NCBI GenBank assembly: GCA_964016885.1
Contig: OZ024761.1
Coordinates: 19,096,001 to 19,160,000, forward strand
Length of the DNA: 64,000 nucleotides
Source of the DNA: Eledone cirrhosa
Taxonomy: Eukaryota
Reading direction: 5' to 3'
A program made the translations under genes and the position numbers. This document shows positions 42,510-57,269 of the stretch, piece after piece (the stretch's first letter is position 1; each line of letters opens with the position of its first letter). The notes below the pieces were generated by a model. The model saw nothing but the letters and a program-made list of their open reading frames with translations. It made no database searches and had not been told where the DNA came from.

Positions 42510-43345
42510 CATAACCATCACCATCGCCATCACCATCCTCATCACCATCACCATCACCATCGCCATCACCATCACCATCGCCATCACCATCACCATCCTC
42601 ATCACCATCACCATCACCATCGCCATCACCATCACCATCACCATCACCATCACCATCCTCATCACCATCACCATCACCATCGCCATCACCATCCTCATCA
42701 CCATCACCATCACCATCGCCATCACCATCCTCATCACCATCGCCATCACCATCACCATCACCATCGCCATCACCATCACCATCACCATCACCATCACCAT
42801 CACCATCCTCATCACCATCGCCATCACCATCACCATCACCATCACCATCCTCATCACCATCACCATCACCATCGCCATCACCATCACCATCACCATCACC
42901 ATCACCATCACCATCCTCATCACCATCGCCATCACCATCACCATCACCATCACCATCCTCATCACCATCACCATCACCATCGCCATCACCATCATCATCA
43001 CCATCACCATCACCATCACCATCACCATCACCATCGCCATCACCATCATCATCGCCGTCGTCATCACCATCGCCATCACCATCGTCATCACCATCACCAT
43101 CACCATCGTCATCATCGTCGTCATCATCGTCGCCATCACCGTCGCCATCACCATCACCATCGTCATCATCGTCGTCATCATCGTCGCCATCACCATCGCC
43201 ATCACCATCGCCATCATTGTCGTCATCGTAATCATCATCACCATCGTCAACACCATCTCATCGTAATCATCATCAAAGTCACTATCATTATCCACATCGT
43301 CATCACCTTCATCGTCATCTCCATTATCATCATCATCATCATCAT
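42510..43345. repeat. (CACCAT)n hexamer/triplet array
   Basis: Direct reading. Confidence 0.97.
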
Positions 43346-43399
43346 AATGTTTGCTGTATTATATGTACGAGCCCTAATGACTAATAAAGAAATCCTTAC

Positions 43400-43553
43400 C
43401 ATGCTTTGCAGCATAGAGTTATGGCCCTTTACGTTCTGAGTTCAAATCTCGCCGAGGTTAACTTTGCCTTTCATCCTTACGGCGTCGATAAAATAAAGTA
43501 CCAGTAATACACTGGGTAATTGCTGGCCTTGTGCCAAAAGTAGAAACAATTAT
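43400..43553 (+). mobile_element. 5'-truncated tRNA-derived SINE
   Basis: GTTCAAATC..GCCTTTCATCC..GTAGAAACAATT. Confidence 0.88.
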
Positions 43554-43659
43554 TTCTTAAATTAAAAACACGAGGTTTTGGAATCTGGGTTTGTTGTTTG
43601 CAAGACAAGAAGAACGACATATATATATGTGGGTGTGTGGGTGGGTGTGTGTGTGTGTG

Positions 43660-43792
43660 TGTATAAAGAATGATAAATGTGTGTGTGTGTGTGTGTGTGT
43701 GTGTATAAAGAATGATAAATGTGTGTGTGTGTGTATGTGTATAAAGATAGATAAATGTGTGTGTGTGTGTGTATGTGTATAAAGATAGATAA

Positions 43793-43825
<33 letters not shown>

Positions 43826-43874
43826 AAGATAGATAAATGTGTGTGTGTGTGTGTATGTGTATAAAGATAGATAA

Positions 43875-43907
<33 letters not shown>

Positions 43908-44533
43908 AAGATAGATAAATGTGTGTGTGTGTGTGTGTGTGTGTGTATAAAGATAGATAAATGTGTGTGTGTGTGTGTGTGTGTGTATAAAGATAGATAA
44001 ATGTGGGTGTGTGTGTGTGTGTGTATAAAGAATGATAAATGTGTGTGTGTGTGTGTGTGTGTGTATAAAGATAGATAAATGTGTGTGTGTGTGTGTGTGT
44101 GTGTGTATAAAGATAGATAAATGTGTGTGTGTGTGTGTGTGTGTATAAAGAATGATAAATGTGTGTGTGTGTGTGTGTATGTGTATAAAGATAGATAAAT
44201 GTGTGTGTGTGTGTGTGTGTGTGTATAAAGATAGATAAATGTGTGTGTGTGTGTGTGTGTGTGTATAAAGATAGATAAATGTGTGTGTGTGTGTGTGCGT
44301 GTATAAAGATAGATAAATGTGTGTGTGTGTGTGTGTGTATAAAGATAGATAAATGTGTGTGTGTGTGTGTGTGTGTGTATAAAGATAGATAAATGTGTGT
44401 GTGTGTGTGTGCGTGTATAAAGATAGATAAATGTGTGTGTGTGTATAAAGATAGATAAATGTGTGTGTGTGTGTGTATAAAGATAGATAAATGTGTGTGT
44501 GTGTGTGTGTGTATGTGTATAAAGATAGATAAA

Positions 44534-44571
<38 letters not shown>

Positions 44572-44745
44572 AAGATAGATAAATGTGTGTGTGTGTGTGT
44601 GTGTATGTATAAAGATAGATAAATGTGTGTGTGTGTGTATAAAGATAGATAAATGTGTGTGTGTGTATAAAGATAGATAAATGTGTGTGTGTGTGTGTGT
44701 GTGTATAAAGATAGATAAATGTGTGTGTGTGTATAAAGATAGATA

Positions 44746-44778
<33 letters not shown>

Positions 44779-44866
44779 AAGATAGATAAATGTGTGTGCG
44801 TGTGTGTGTATAAAGATAGATAAATGTGTGTGTGTGTGTGTGTGTATGTGTATAAAGATAGATAAA

Positions 44867-44904
<38 letters not shown>

Positions 44905-44968
44905 AAGATAGATAAATGTGTGTGTGTGTGTGTGCGTGTATAAAGATAGATAAATGTGTGTGTGTGTG

Positions 44969-44970
<2 letters not shown>
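43660..44970. repeat. Compound repeat (GT)n-ATAAAGATAGATAAAT, ~35 units
   Basis: Constant anchor with variable (GT)n spacer. Confidence 0.97.
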
Positions 44971-45001
<31 letters not shown>

Positions 45002-45103
45002 GGGGGGACAGACAGATAGATCAACAGAGAAAAGAATTGACACATTAGAATAGAGCGGCCCAATTATTTCTTTCTCGATACAAAAGAAAGTGCAAGAAGG
45101 AGT

Positions 45104-46175
45104 GAGCCCCGGTTCAAAATGGTGGCATGTGATGTGAGGGAGATTAGGCTGCTATTACTAGCATGTCCAGGGGCTATCTGTAGGCTCCCTTCGTTGACAG
45201 AAAGTCTATGTAAGGAGAAACGGTGAGCCCCAGTTTAAGACGGTGGTGTGTTATGTGAGTTAGATTAGCCTGGTGTTTCTAGCATGTCCAGAAACTACTT
45301 GTAGGCTCCCTTTGTTGACAGAAAGTCTATGTAAGGAGATGTCAGCCCCAGTTTAAGACGGTAGGGAGTGATGTGAGTGAGATTAAGCTGGTGTTTCTAG
45401 CATGTCCAGAGACTACTTGTAGGCTCCCTTCGTTGACAGAAAGTCTATGTAAGGAGATGTCAGCCCCAGTTTAAGACGGTAGGGAGTGATGTGAGTGAGA
45501 TTAAGCTGGTGTTTCTAGCATGTCCAGAGACTACCTGTAGGCTCCCTTTGTTGACAGAAAGTCTATGTAAGGAGATGTCAGCCCCAGTTTAAGACGGTAG
45601 GGAGTGATGTGAGTGAGATTAAGCTGGTGTTTCTAGCATGTCCAGAAACTACTTGTAGGCTCCCTTCGTTGACAGAAAGTCTATGTAAGGAGATGTCAGC
45701 CCCAGTTTAAGACGGTAGGGAGTGATGTGAGTGAGATTAAGCTGGTGTTTCTAGCATGTCCAGAGACTACCTGTAGGCTCCCTTTGTTGACAGAAAGTCT
45801 ATGTAAGGAGATGTCAGCCCCAGTTTAAGACGGTAGGGAGTGATGTGAGTGAGATTAAGCTGGTGTTTCTAGCATGTCCAGAGACTACCTGTAGACTCCC
45901 TTTGTTGACAGAAAGTCTATGTAAGGAGATGTCAGCCCCGGCTTATGAAGGTGGTGAGTTATGTGAGGAAGATAGGGTGGTGTTTCTAGCATGTCCAGAG
46001 ACTACCTGTAGACTCCCTTTGTTGACAGAAAGTCTATGTAAGGAGATGTCAGCCCCGGCTTATGAAGGTGGTGAGTTATGTGAGGAAGATTAGGGTGGTA
46101 TTTCTAGCATGTCCAGAGACTACTTATAGGGTCCCTTCGTTGACAGAAAGTCTATGTAAGGAGAAGATGTCAGTT
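45104..46175. repeat. 118-bp minisatellite, ~9 copies
   Basis: CAGCCCCAGTTTAAGACGG at 45343, 45461, 45579, 45697, 45815. Confidence 0.95.
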
Positions 46176-46553
46176 CCAGTTCGAATTTCGATGGCAGCAG
46201 TTTTTATCTTAAGATAACAACAGAAAATGCTCCTATATTTATGTTAACTGTGTAATTCTGTAAGATTTTATCTCACACTAAATGTCTTAAATATATATAT
46301 AACTGCAGTTATCCCCCTCCACACTCGGGAACCTACATATTTTATATATATATATATATAATATATATATATATATAGGTTCCGAGTGGGGGGGGGGGGA
46401 TAACCACACATATATATATATATATATATATACATGTGTGTGCATGTCTGCGTGTCTTTATTTGTGTATATTTTGAAGTTTATGTATATATATATATATA
46501 TACATATTTATGTATTCTTGTATACCTACATATACACACATATATATACACAT

Positions 46554-46595
<42 letters not shown>

Positions 46596-46601
46596 GCACA
46601 C

Positions 46602-46644
<43 letters not shown>

Positions 46645-46967
46645 AACAGCATTATCTTCACCACAGAAGCTCCGTGCTGCGAAAGAAACGCCAGCCATTT
46701 TCTAAATACGTTGCTTTCTATTCTTGAGGTCGTCTTTTATAATAATCACAGCTTTTTGGAACTGGATCTTGTTGATGTACGATAAACTACAGTACACACA
46801 CACACACGTATACACACGTGTGTACACGTATATACATATGTGTATAAACACATATATACTCATATATGATATAATGCAGATGTGTTCGATTTAGATTTAA
46901 GGGGTTTTCCACATATTTCTTTCGTTCTTTCATGTATATGTGTATGTATGTGTATGTGTATATATAC

Positions 46968-47100
<133 letters not shown>

Positions 47101-47284
47101 AGAGGGGTAGAGAGAGAGAGAAAGAGAGGGGGGAGAGCGAGTCGATGTCATGATACAAAAGAATAACTAACACAAATATATGAATGATATGATACAATAC
47201 AGATGTATTCGATTCCAGATTTAACAGTTTTTACAACTTCTGTCACTCTGTGTCTCACTGTCCCTCTCACACAGACACACATAC

Positions 47285-47357
<73 letters not shown>

Positions 47358-47879
47358 GGAAAGGAGTTTTCAAGACACGTTATTTCAATACTGGACGTAT
47401 CCATGACTTAAGGAAACACTTTTTCAAAGCTATCCCGCCGAGGTTAGCTGTGCTTTTCATCCTCACGAGGTCAATGAAATAAAGTACTAGTAACGCACTG
47501 GAGTTGGTTTATCCATTTAGCATTTACATTGCTATATATCTACTATTGTAATTTCATGGTAAAGGCTTTACCTTACATAATATCGAATTTATGAGATTTT
47601 GATATCATTTATTTTGAGAAGAATACCTTAACATAAGTATGAGTGGCCGGTTTGAACAGAAAGAGGTGAAAGAATTCTGGCCGCATTCGGCCGGTTTAAA
47701 GGCTAAAGGGTTGCTAAAGGGTTAATTGACTTTCCCCCTCCCACAAAATTGTTGGCCTCGTGCATAAATCAAAAACGATTATTTCAAAAGCGGACGTATC
47801 GTTGCCCACTGTATCTTTCCAAGTAGAGTGGAGCGGTTTAAGGAAACGTTATTTCAGTACACAATATATTATGTTACTG

Positions 47880-48480
47880 TTCGGGGTTCCTCCAAAGGGT
47901 CTTTGGAGTAACGTTACTCGATAAAGTGCATTGCTCGGAGATCAGAGTGTCATTCCAGGTAGAGCCGCTACTTCTCCAAATTGAGAGATCGCAACTCTGA
48001 TACTATGGACATGTGGTTAGAATGTCTCAGGAAAGAATCACTGGACAGATTTGTAACTCAGAGATCAGAGTCACTCTAGGTAGAGCCGCTACTTCTCCAA
48101 ATTGAGAGATCGCAACTCTGATACTATGGACATGTGTTTAGAATGTCTCAGGAAAGAATCACTGGACAGATTTGTAACTCAGAGATCAGAGTCACTCTAG
48201 GTAGAGCCGCTACTTCTCCAAATTGAGAGATCGCAACTCTGATACTATGGACATGTGGTTAGAATGTCTCAGGAAAGAATCGCTGGACAGATTTTACGAG
48301 CAAAAACCAACCAGCTGGAGACCCAGAGGTATACCCCGAGCAAGATGGTTGGATAACATCCATGAGTTTGGCTGGTCTCGCTTGGGGATCCAGTTGGATC
48401 AGTTGGAGACGTATATTTCTGACAGAACCCGCTGGAAGGAGTGTTTGAGGACTCTGTCCATACGACCCTCTCAGGAATAA
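47880..48480 (+). mobile_element. RTE-group LINE 3' fragment with internal ~121-bp triplication
   Basis: GVTLLDKV..EIR..VEPLLLQIERSQL*YYGHVVRM, then RPRGIPRARWLDNI..DRTRW; unit starts 47938, 48061, 48182; in-frame stop and frameshift. Confidence 0.85.
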
Positions 48481-48853
48481 GTAGGCGAAGAAGAAATGTG
48501 GTTTGTTGCTAACAGAAAGTAACAAGACAGAGTGGAAGCTTCTCCAAGTTTTTATATATTCCTATCACTTCTACGCACAGACTTCCTATGATTTCTACGT
48601 GCCAACACATCTCTCCTTCTCCTCCTCAATCAGTTTTTTCTATATTTCCTCTGCCTATCACCCACCTCACAACTTTACTTTTACTTTACCGACCACTACC
48701 CACTGTCTTCTCTCCTTAGAGGTATTTTTACCCGTCTTATACGCTGTCATTGACGGCATTTGGCTGTTTTAACATCTACTCTTGCGTTGAGTCCTCCTCT
48801 AATTATGTCTATGAATTTCAAATAACATTGTGTTCTTGTTTTCTGTCTTCCAG

Positions 48854-49041
48854 ATCAAGTGTGGTTGACATCAGACAGTAAAAACACATGGTGGAACTTT
48901 CTCCAAGACTTTATAAAATACAGAGTCTAAAATCTAGAGTAGTTGGTCAGTTTGGGAAGTAGAGCCATTGACACAGATCCAGCAATATTCGGACACTAGG
49001 ACAATCGACACTACGTTTTTAAAAGGACACTCTTCATTCAG
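48854..49041 (+). other. Candidate non-coding (5'UTR/lncRNA) exon
   Basis: TGTTCTTGTTTTCTGTCTTCCAG acceptor and CAG/GTAAAT donor around complex sequence; stops in all three frames. Confidence 0.35.
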
Positions 49042-49654
49042 GTAAATACCCATTTTATTTATTTAGTTATTTATTTATTTATTCCTTATTTCTGTGGTGT
49101 GTTGGTAGAGCGTCGGACAACATGCTTTGCAGCATACTGTTACGGTCCTCTACGTTCTGAGTCCCTGCAAAATGCTCAACCACATACATTAGAATACAAC
49201 AAGAAGGTATTTCAGTTGATCGAGTAATTGGAATAGTCATCGCTGGAGCCGACGGAGGATCCCCGCTGATTCTAGCAGGAGAGAGGATTACATTAAGAAG
49301 ACACGTACCCACGGGATACTCAACCACTAAAACATATGTACAGTTATATATATATATATTAGTTTAAGTACATAATGTAATTACCGTATTTGCCGGCCTA
49401 TTGAACGCACTCCTCTCAAAAGAAAATCATATTAATAAATCTTCCCTGCGTCCAATACGTCCGTATCCCCGACGGGAGGTCGAACGGAGGGTGGGGACAA
49501 TCATGGCTAAAACAATTTAGTTTGTATTACTATTAGTATTACTAATACAGTAATATAATACAACATATACAAACAGATCATTTTAAGGTACCTCCTTTGT
49601 TTCTAACAAACGCAACCTACACAAAACATTAGTACGTTCCTTACATATAGTGGT

Positions 49655-49895
49655 ATGGCCCTTTACGTTCTGAATTCAAATCCCACCGAGAATAACTTTG
49701 CCTTTCATCCTTACGGGGTCGCTAAAATAAAGTACCAGCAATGCACTGGGGTATTTGCTGGCCTTGTGCCTAAAGTAGAAACAATTATTATTATTGAGGT
49801 TAACTTTGCCTTTCATCCTTACGGGGTCGCTAAAATAAAGTACCAGTAATGCACTGGGATAATTGCTGGCCTTGTGCCTAAAGTAGAAACAATTA
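49655..49895 (+). mobile_element. Two tandem partial SINE copies
   Basis: AACTTTGCCTTTCATCC..GTAGAAACAATT duplicated. Confidence 0.88.
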
Positions 49896-50817
49896 TTATT
49901 ATGCTTATTTGTTAGTTTATCCCTTGACTCTGGGAACAGAGAACGTGCATTCTGAACAATTTATTCTGCTTTTGTGTACAAGTTTCTCTCACTTAAACCA
50001 AACAATGGGGACATACCAAGGGATTCCTTCTTGCATGTTTTCTTCTAGTTTCTTCTATTTTTTTATTTTTTTATTAATTTATTCATTTATTTATTTGTTT
50101 TTGTTGTTGTTTTTTTGTCGAAGGACAAACAACAATACTATGACGATGATGATAATGATGATAATGATAAATGATGACAATGATAATGGTAACGATATGT
50201 GATAATAATAATAATAATGGTGATAATGGTAATGATGACGATGATGATGATGGTGATAATGACAATGGTGATATGTGATAACAATAATAGTTATAATGAC
50301 AATGGTGATAATAATGATTTCTTTTATTGGTCACAAGGGTGTAGGACGTTGGTAGTTGTGGTGGTGGTGGTGGTGGTGAGGATAGTGGTGGGGTGTAGGG
50401 TAGGGTAGGGTAGGGTAGGGGGGGGGGGTGAAAAACGAAAATAAACACAAGAAAACTCTGACATCAACATCATCAACATCAACAACAACATCATCATCAT
50501 CATCTTCAATAACAACATCATCAACATCAACAACAATAACAACAACAACATCAGAAACAACAACAACAACAACACATCATCATCATCATCATCATCAACG
50601 TCATCGTCATCACCAACAACACATCAACATCAACACCTCGATCATCATTAACACCATCATCATCATCAACAACACCAACGACAATAACAACAACAATACT
50701 ATGTCTAATTAGTCACAAGAGCCCAACACTTGGGGACCACAGAAGGAGGAAAAACAACAAAGAGTAAAGGAAAAGGGGTCATTAAGAAAGGGGAAACAAG
50801 TGATGTTGATATAATAA

Positions 50818-51738
50818 TAATTGTTTCTACCTTTGGCACAAGGCCAGCAATTACCTCAGTACATTACTGGTACTTTATTGTATCGACCCCGTAAGGATGA
50901 AAAGCAAAGTTAACCTAGGCGGGATTTGAACTCAGACCATAAAGGACTAATAAATATATAATTGTTTCTACTTTAGGCACAAGGCCAGCAATTACCTCAG
51001 TGCATTACTGGTACTTTATTTTATCGACCCCGTAAGGATGAAAGGCAAAGTCAACCTCGGCGGGATTTGAACTCAGATCGTAAAGGGACGTAACTATGCT
51101 GGAAAGCATGGCGTCCGACTCTCTACCGATACTGCCAATCCAAAATATATAATGGTTTCTGATTTACGCACAAGGCCAACAATTTGGTGGGAGGGGGGGT
51201 CGATTAAATCTACACCAGTACATTACTGGTACTTTATTTCATTGGACCCATAAGAATGAAAGGCAAAGTTAACCTCGGCGGGATTTGAACCCAGAATGGA
51301 AAGGGGCGTAACTCAATGCGTCAAAGCATGGCGTCCGACCTTCCACCGACACTGCCAATCTACCGCCCTCATCATCATGGTAATAAATTAATTAATTGTT
51401 TCTACCTTTGGCACAAGGCCAGCAATTACCTCAGTGTATTACTGGTACTTTATTTTATCGACTCCGTAAGGATGAAAGGCAAAGTTAACCTCGGCGGGAT
51501 TTGAACTCAGAATGGCAAGGGCCGTAACTCTATGCGTCAAAGCATGGCGTCCGACGCTCTACCGATAATAATAATTGTTTCTACTTCAGGCACAAGGCCA
51601 GAAATTTTGGGGAGGGGAACGTCGATTAAATCGACCCCAGTGCGTGACTGGTACTTTATTTTATCGACCCCGTAAGGATGAAAGGCAAAGTAGACCTTGG
51701 CGGGATTTGAACTCAGGACGTAAAGGGGTGTAACTCTA
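50818..51738 (-). mobile_element. Head-to-tail cluster of 5 SINE copies
   Basis: GCACAAGGCCA..GGGATTTGAAC units starting ~50820, 50960, 51152, 51395, 51574. Confidence 0.92.
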
Positions 51739-52439
51739 TGATGGTGGATAGTGGCGAGGATAATGATGATGGTGGTAGTGATGTCGGTAATGAGGATGTT
51801 GGTGGTAATGATGATGGTGTTAGTGATGATGATGATAGTGACGACGATGGTGGCAATGGTGATAATAGTAGTGATGGTGATGGTGGTAGAGGTGATGGTG
51901 GTGATGGTGATGGTGGTAGATATGATGGTGATGGTGGTGATGTGATGGTGGTGATGTGATGGTGATGGTGGTAGATGTGATGGTGATGGTGGTAGATGTG
52001 ATGATGATGGTGATGGTGGCGATGGTGGCGATGGTGATGGTAGTAGAGGTGATGGTGATGGTGGTAGAGGTGATGGTGATGGTGGTGGAGGTGATGGTAA
52101 TGATGATGGTGGTGATGATAATGGTGGTAGAGGTGATGGTGATGGTGGTAGAGGTGATGGTGATGATGGTAGAGGTGATGGTGATGATGATGGTTGTGAC
52201 AGTGATGATAAATAATGGTAAAATGATGAACCAGCATCTAGCTGCTTACTTCGTCATTTTCCAAGAGAAAAAAAAATCATTTTTTCCTTCCACACCTCCA
52301 CCACCACCCCCACCACCACCTCCATCCCACCTCCACCCCCATCCCACCTCCATCCCACCTCCACCCCCACCACCACCTCCACCCCCACCTCCATCCCACC
52401 TCCACCTCCATCCCCACCTCCATCTTCCAACCAATTCTT

Positions 52440-53447
52440 GAGTCGTTATTGTTGTTGTTATAAGTATTGTTGTCGTTGTTGGTATTGTTGTTATTGTTTG
52501 TTGTTGATGGTGGTGGTGGTGGTGGTGGTGGTATTGTTGTTGATGGTGGTGGTGGTAGTGGTGGTAGGGGTGTTGTTGTTGTCGTTGGTGGTGGTGGTGG
52601 TATTGTTGTTGGTGGTGGTGGTGGTGGTGGTGGTGGAAGTGGTGTTGTTGTTGGTGGTGGTGGTGGTGGTAGTGGTGTTGGTGGTGGTGGTGGTGGTGGT
52701 GGTGGAAGTGGTGTTGTTGTTGGTGGTGGTGGTGGTGGTGGTGGTGGTAGTGGTGTTGGTGGTGGTGGTGGTGGTGGTAGTGGTGTTGTTGTTGGTGGTG
52801 GTGGTGGTGGTGGTGGTGGTAGTGGTGTTGGTGGTGGTGGTGGTGGTGGAAGTGGTGTTGTTGTTGGTGGTGGTGGTGGTGGTGGTGGTGGTAGTGGTGT
52901 TGGTGGTGGTGGTGGTGGTGGAAGTGGTGTTGTTGTTGGTGGTGGTGGTGGTGGTGGTGTTGTTGTTGGTGGTGGTGGTGGTGGTGGTGGTGGTAGTGGT
53001 GTTGGTGGTGGTGGTGGTGGTGGTGGAAGTGGTGTTGTTGTTGGTGGTGGTGGTGGTGGTAGTGGTGTTGGTGGTGGTGGTGGTGGTGGTGGTGGAAGTG
53101 GTGTTGTTGTTGGTGGTGGTGGTGGTGGTGGTGGTGGTAGTGGTGTTGGTGGTGGTGGTGGTGGTGGAAGTGGTGTTGTTGTTGGTGGTGGTGGTGGTGG
53201 TAGTGGTGTTGGTGGTGGTGGTGGTGGTGGTGGTGGAAGTGGTGTTGTTGTTGGTGGTGGTGGTGGTGGTGGTGGTGGTAGTGGTGTTGGTGGTGGTGGT
53301 GGTGGTGGTGGAAGTGGTGTTGTTGTTGGTGGTGGTGGTGGTGGTGGTGGTGTTGTTGTTGGTGTTGTTAGTGGTGGTGGTGGTGTGACGGTAGTAGTGT
53401 TGTTGTTGATGATGGTGGTTGTAGTAGTGGTGGTGGTGGTGGTGGTA
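52440..53447. repeat. (GGT/GTT)n triplet array
   Basis: Direct reading. Confidence 0.97.
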
Positions 53448-53535
53448 TATTTTGGCGGGAATTTGTGTAAGGTTCTTTTTTTTTTAATATCTGAAGCTTT
53501 GCAACATCCTTTTCTTCCCTCACATTCTCAACACA

Positions 53536-53600
<65 letters not shown>

Positions 53601-53715
53601 TACACGTGTGTGTGTAATTTGTTTACTTTATGGTACACATACACGCATGCTCACACACATATATATTTACATACACACATATATATACATACACACATAT
53701 ATACATACATATATG

Positions 53716-53747
<32 letters not shown>

Positions 53748-54404
53748 CATATATGCACACAAACACACATATATATACATATATGGACACACACACATAT
53801 AAATATATGCACACATACATATATATGCACACACACACATATGCACACACACACACACACACAGACATATATATACGCACAAACTCATATATGTACATAT
53901 ATGCACACACACACATATATATATATATACATATACACATATATGCACACACAGACATATATATATATATATATACATACACACATTCTCTCTCTTTCTC
54001 AATCTTCGCTTGCACTCCACCACACCACACTCCCCTCCACTCAACACCACACTCCACTCGCCTCCACTCAACACCACACTCCACTCAATGTCTCTTACCA
54101 ATATAAATTCCCTAAACACATTTCATCTTTTACCATTCATTATAAACATTCAGCCGAACGTTCTATTACTTCCTCCCCCTCGTTCCCACCCCCTCCCTCA
54201 CCTCTCTACCACCTCCCTCTCTCTCTATATATATACTACCTTACACCATTACAACCCTTGGTCTCAGCATCGCCATCCCCAGTCCCTCCCCAAGTCTTCA
54301 GTTAAAAAACATGCAGTGCAGCATCTAATGCACATATTACAAGCCCGTTGCAAAAGTTCCGTCTTTCTTTGACCTAATTCTTCGTTTGCCTTATTGCCTA
54401 ACTC

Positions 54405-55020
54405 TCTATATATCTATCTACCTCTCTACCTCTCTACCTATCAGTCTATCTATCTACCTCTCTATTTAACAGTCTATCTATCTACCTCTCTACCTAACAG
54501 TCTATCTATCTACCTCTCTACCTAACAGTTTATCTATCTACCTCTCTATCTAACAGTCTATCTATCTACCTCTCTATCTAATAGTCTATCTACCTCTCTA
54601 TCTAACAGTCTATCTATCTACCTCTCTATCTAATAGTCTATCTACCTCTCTATCTAACAGTCTATCTATCTACCTCTCTAATCTACCTCTCTACCTAACA
54701 GTTTATCTATCTACCTCAGTCTATCTATCTACCTCTCTATCTAATAGTCTATCTATCTACCTCTCTACCTAACAGTTTATCTATCTACCTCTCTATCTAA
54801 CAGTCTATCTACCTCTCTATCTAACAGTCTATCTATCTACCTCTCTATCAATATTTTTACACGACTGTATGTAAAATCCCTGGCATGTGTCTTTGTATTG
54901 TCCCCTTTTTTTGTGCGCCCTTGTGGCAAATAAAGAAATATATCTATCTACCTCTCTATCTAACAGACTATCTATCTACCTCTCTATCTACCAGACTATC
55001 TATCTATCTACCTCTCGCTC
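54405..55020. repeat. ~24-28 bp TCTA-based minisatellite
   Basis: TCTATCTATCTACCTCTCTATCTAACAG. Confidence 0.92.
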
Positions 55021-55088
55021 TGTCTATCAGGCAGTCTATTTATCTATGTCTCTCTATATGTATCTCTATCTACCTACTTGCATATGGA

Positions 55089-55131
<43 letters not shown>

Positions 55132-55132
<1 letters not shown>

Positions 55133-55178
55133 AGGCTTCTACAGGACTAGAACTGTTTCATTCGGGAGAAATCATCAT
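55132..55178 (-). mobile_element. Family E fragment retaining TGATGA core
   Basis: Minus strand TGATGA-TTTCTCCCGAAT-GAAAC-AGTTCTA-GTC-CTGTAGAAG between TA tracts. Confidence 0.7.
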
Positions 55179-55282
55179 ATATATATATATGCCTATATAT
55201 TTGCATGTCTATCTATCTCTATATGTTGTCTACCTACACATCGACATATATACCTATATACCTGTCATTCACTCACTCACTG

Positions 55283-55403
<121 letters not shown>

Positions 55404-55676
55404 AATGAAACGAAATTTCATTTCTCACTCTTAGTACGGCTGATACCTTGAAACTAGTACATCGTTCCTGTGTCAGTGTTGAAAAAAAGGGCGACGATGG
55501 TTGCCGAGCACTGTACGGCGTAATTCGGGCTGTTTGTTTACAAGCAAACCGAACATTATAATAAATGCTCGGTAAACCCATACGTACATATATATATATA
55601 TGTGTGTGTGTGTGCATGTATGTATATATATACATACTACTGTACGTCTGTACACATATGTATGTACGTATAAATA

Positions 55677-55680
<4 letters not shown>
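55404..55680 (+). mobile_element. Left part of TIR-bearing non-autonomous element
   Basis: GAAATTTCATTTCTCACTCTTAGTACGGCTGATAC left end; body shared with 19246 and 32394. Confidence 0.75.
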
Positions 55681-55713
<33 letters not shown>

Positions 55714-55729
55714 TAAACAATACAATATA

Positions 55730-55805
55730 ATTACCTCCTTACCAGAGGTTTCCCGAATAAGACGAATACAAGAAACGTCCGCGTTCGTTCGTCAGACAAG
55801 GCAAT
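55730..55805 (-). ncRNA. Type I hammerhead motif (family B)
   Basis: Minus strand ATTGCCTTGT-CTGACGA..GAAA-CCTCTGG-TA-AGGAGGTAAT; one G.G mismatch in stem I. Confidence 0.75.
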
Positions 55806-55888
55806 TTAAAACAGTGAAATATTTGAAAAATCTCCTCAAGAAAGGCAAAAGTTTAACGGACAAAAAAAAATATATAAATAAAAGTAAT

Positions 55889-55944
<56 letters not shown>

Positions 55945-56196
55945 TGTTTGACCTGCTTAGCTTGACTTGTTTTTTTGGCTTAGGTGGTTAATGCCTTCTT
56001 GAATACTTTTCAGTTTATATGGCGTTTTAACATATTGTTTAGCTCTAGTTTTTCTTAACTATTGGAGCGCTTGCAAGCATTTCTACGATTTTGCGTTTCG
56101 TTTCGCTTTTTCTACCAGCCGAAATACGATTCTCGCTGAATATATATATAATATATATATATATTATATATATATATATTATATATATATAATATA

Positions 56197-56263
<67 letters not shown>

Positions 56264-57269
56264 CCTGTCTATCTATCTAGGTTGGATGGCTGGTGCCTTT
56301 GTCAGTTGGTTAGCTGGGTTATTTCGTTGGCTGGTTGGCTTGCTGGTCAGTTGGTTGACTAACAAGCCAGCCAGCTGCTTGGTTGGTTCGGATGGTTGTT
56401 TGGTTGACTGGTTGACTGGTTATTGTTTGTCCGTCGTTTTGTGTGATTAGATTTATTTATCTGTATATGATCATATTGTCCGGTGGGGGCGATAAACATA
56501 ACTGATCCGGAAAACCGAACCAGTTCGATTAGGTGCTGTTCGACTATGTTCGGTCGTGTTCGACTATGTTCGGTTCTATTGGCCTCAAGTTAATTTCTGT
56601 TCAAAGATTGTCCTTGCCATGTCAAGAAATAACGAAGACATAATACAATTGACATTGCTCTCTCTCTCTCTCTGACACTCTACTCCTCCTCTTTCCCTCT
56701 TTCTTTCTCTCCTCTCTCTCTTACACTCTACTCCTCTCTCTCTTTCTCCTTTCTTACCTCTCTCTCTCTCTCTCTCTCTCTCTCCTTCTCTCTCACCCTC
56801 TCCTCTCTCGCCCTGTCTTTCACTCTCTCACACACACACACATACACTCTCACACACACACATATATATATATATATATTCGGTTATGTCCGCTTGAGTT
56901 CGGTTCTATTCGCTTCCAGTTAATTTCAGTTTAAGACAAATCTATGTCACGCCGTATGAAAGAATAACAAAGACGTACAAGTGACATACTTCTCTCTCCT
57001 TCTCTTTATCTCACTCTCTCTCTCACTCTCTCTCTCATTCTCACTCTCTTTCTCACACTCTTTCTCACACTCTTTCTCACACTCTTTTTCACTCTCATTC
57101 TCTTTCTTTCATTCTTACTCTCATTTTCATTCGCACTCTCTAACTCTCTTTCTCACTCTCTAACTCTCTTTCTCACTCTCTAACTCTCTTTCTCACTCTT
57201 ATTCTCACTCACTTTCTCTCTCTCCCCACTTCTCATTCTTTTTCTTTCTTTCCATCACTCTGTTTCTCT

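Noticed and set aside
43660-44970. CRISPR-like constant repeat with variable spacers
   Set aside because: Spacers are only (GT)n of varying length; eukaryotic context, no cas genes
49383-49475. TACCGTATTTGCCGGCCTAT Tc2/pogo-like transposon end (also at 40388)
   Set aside because: No matching opposite TIR found, so no element can be delimited
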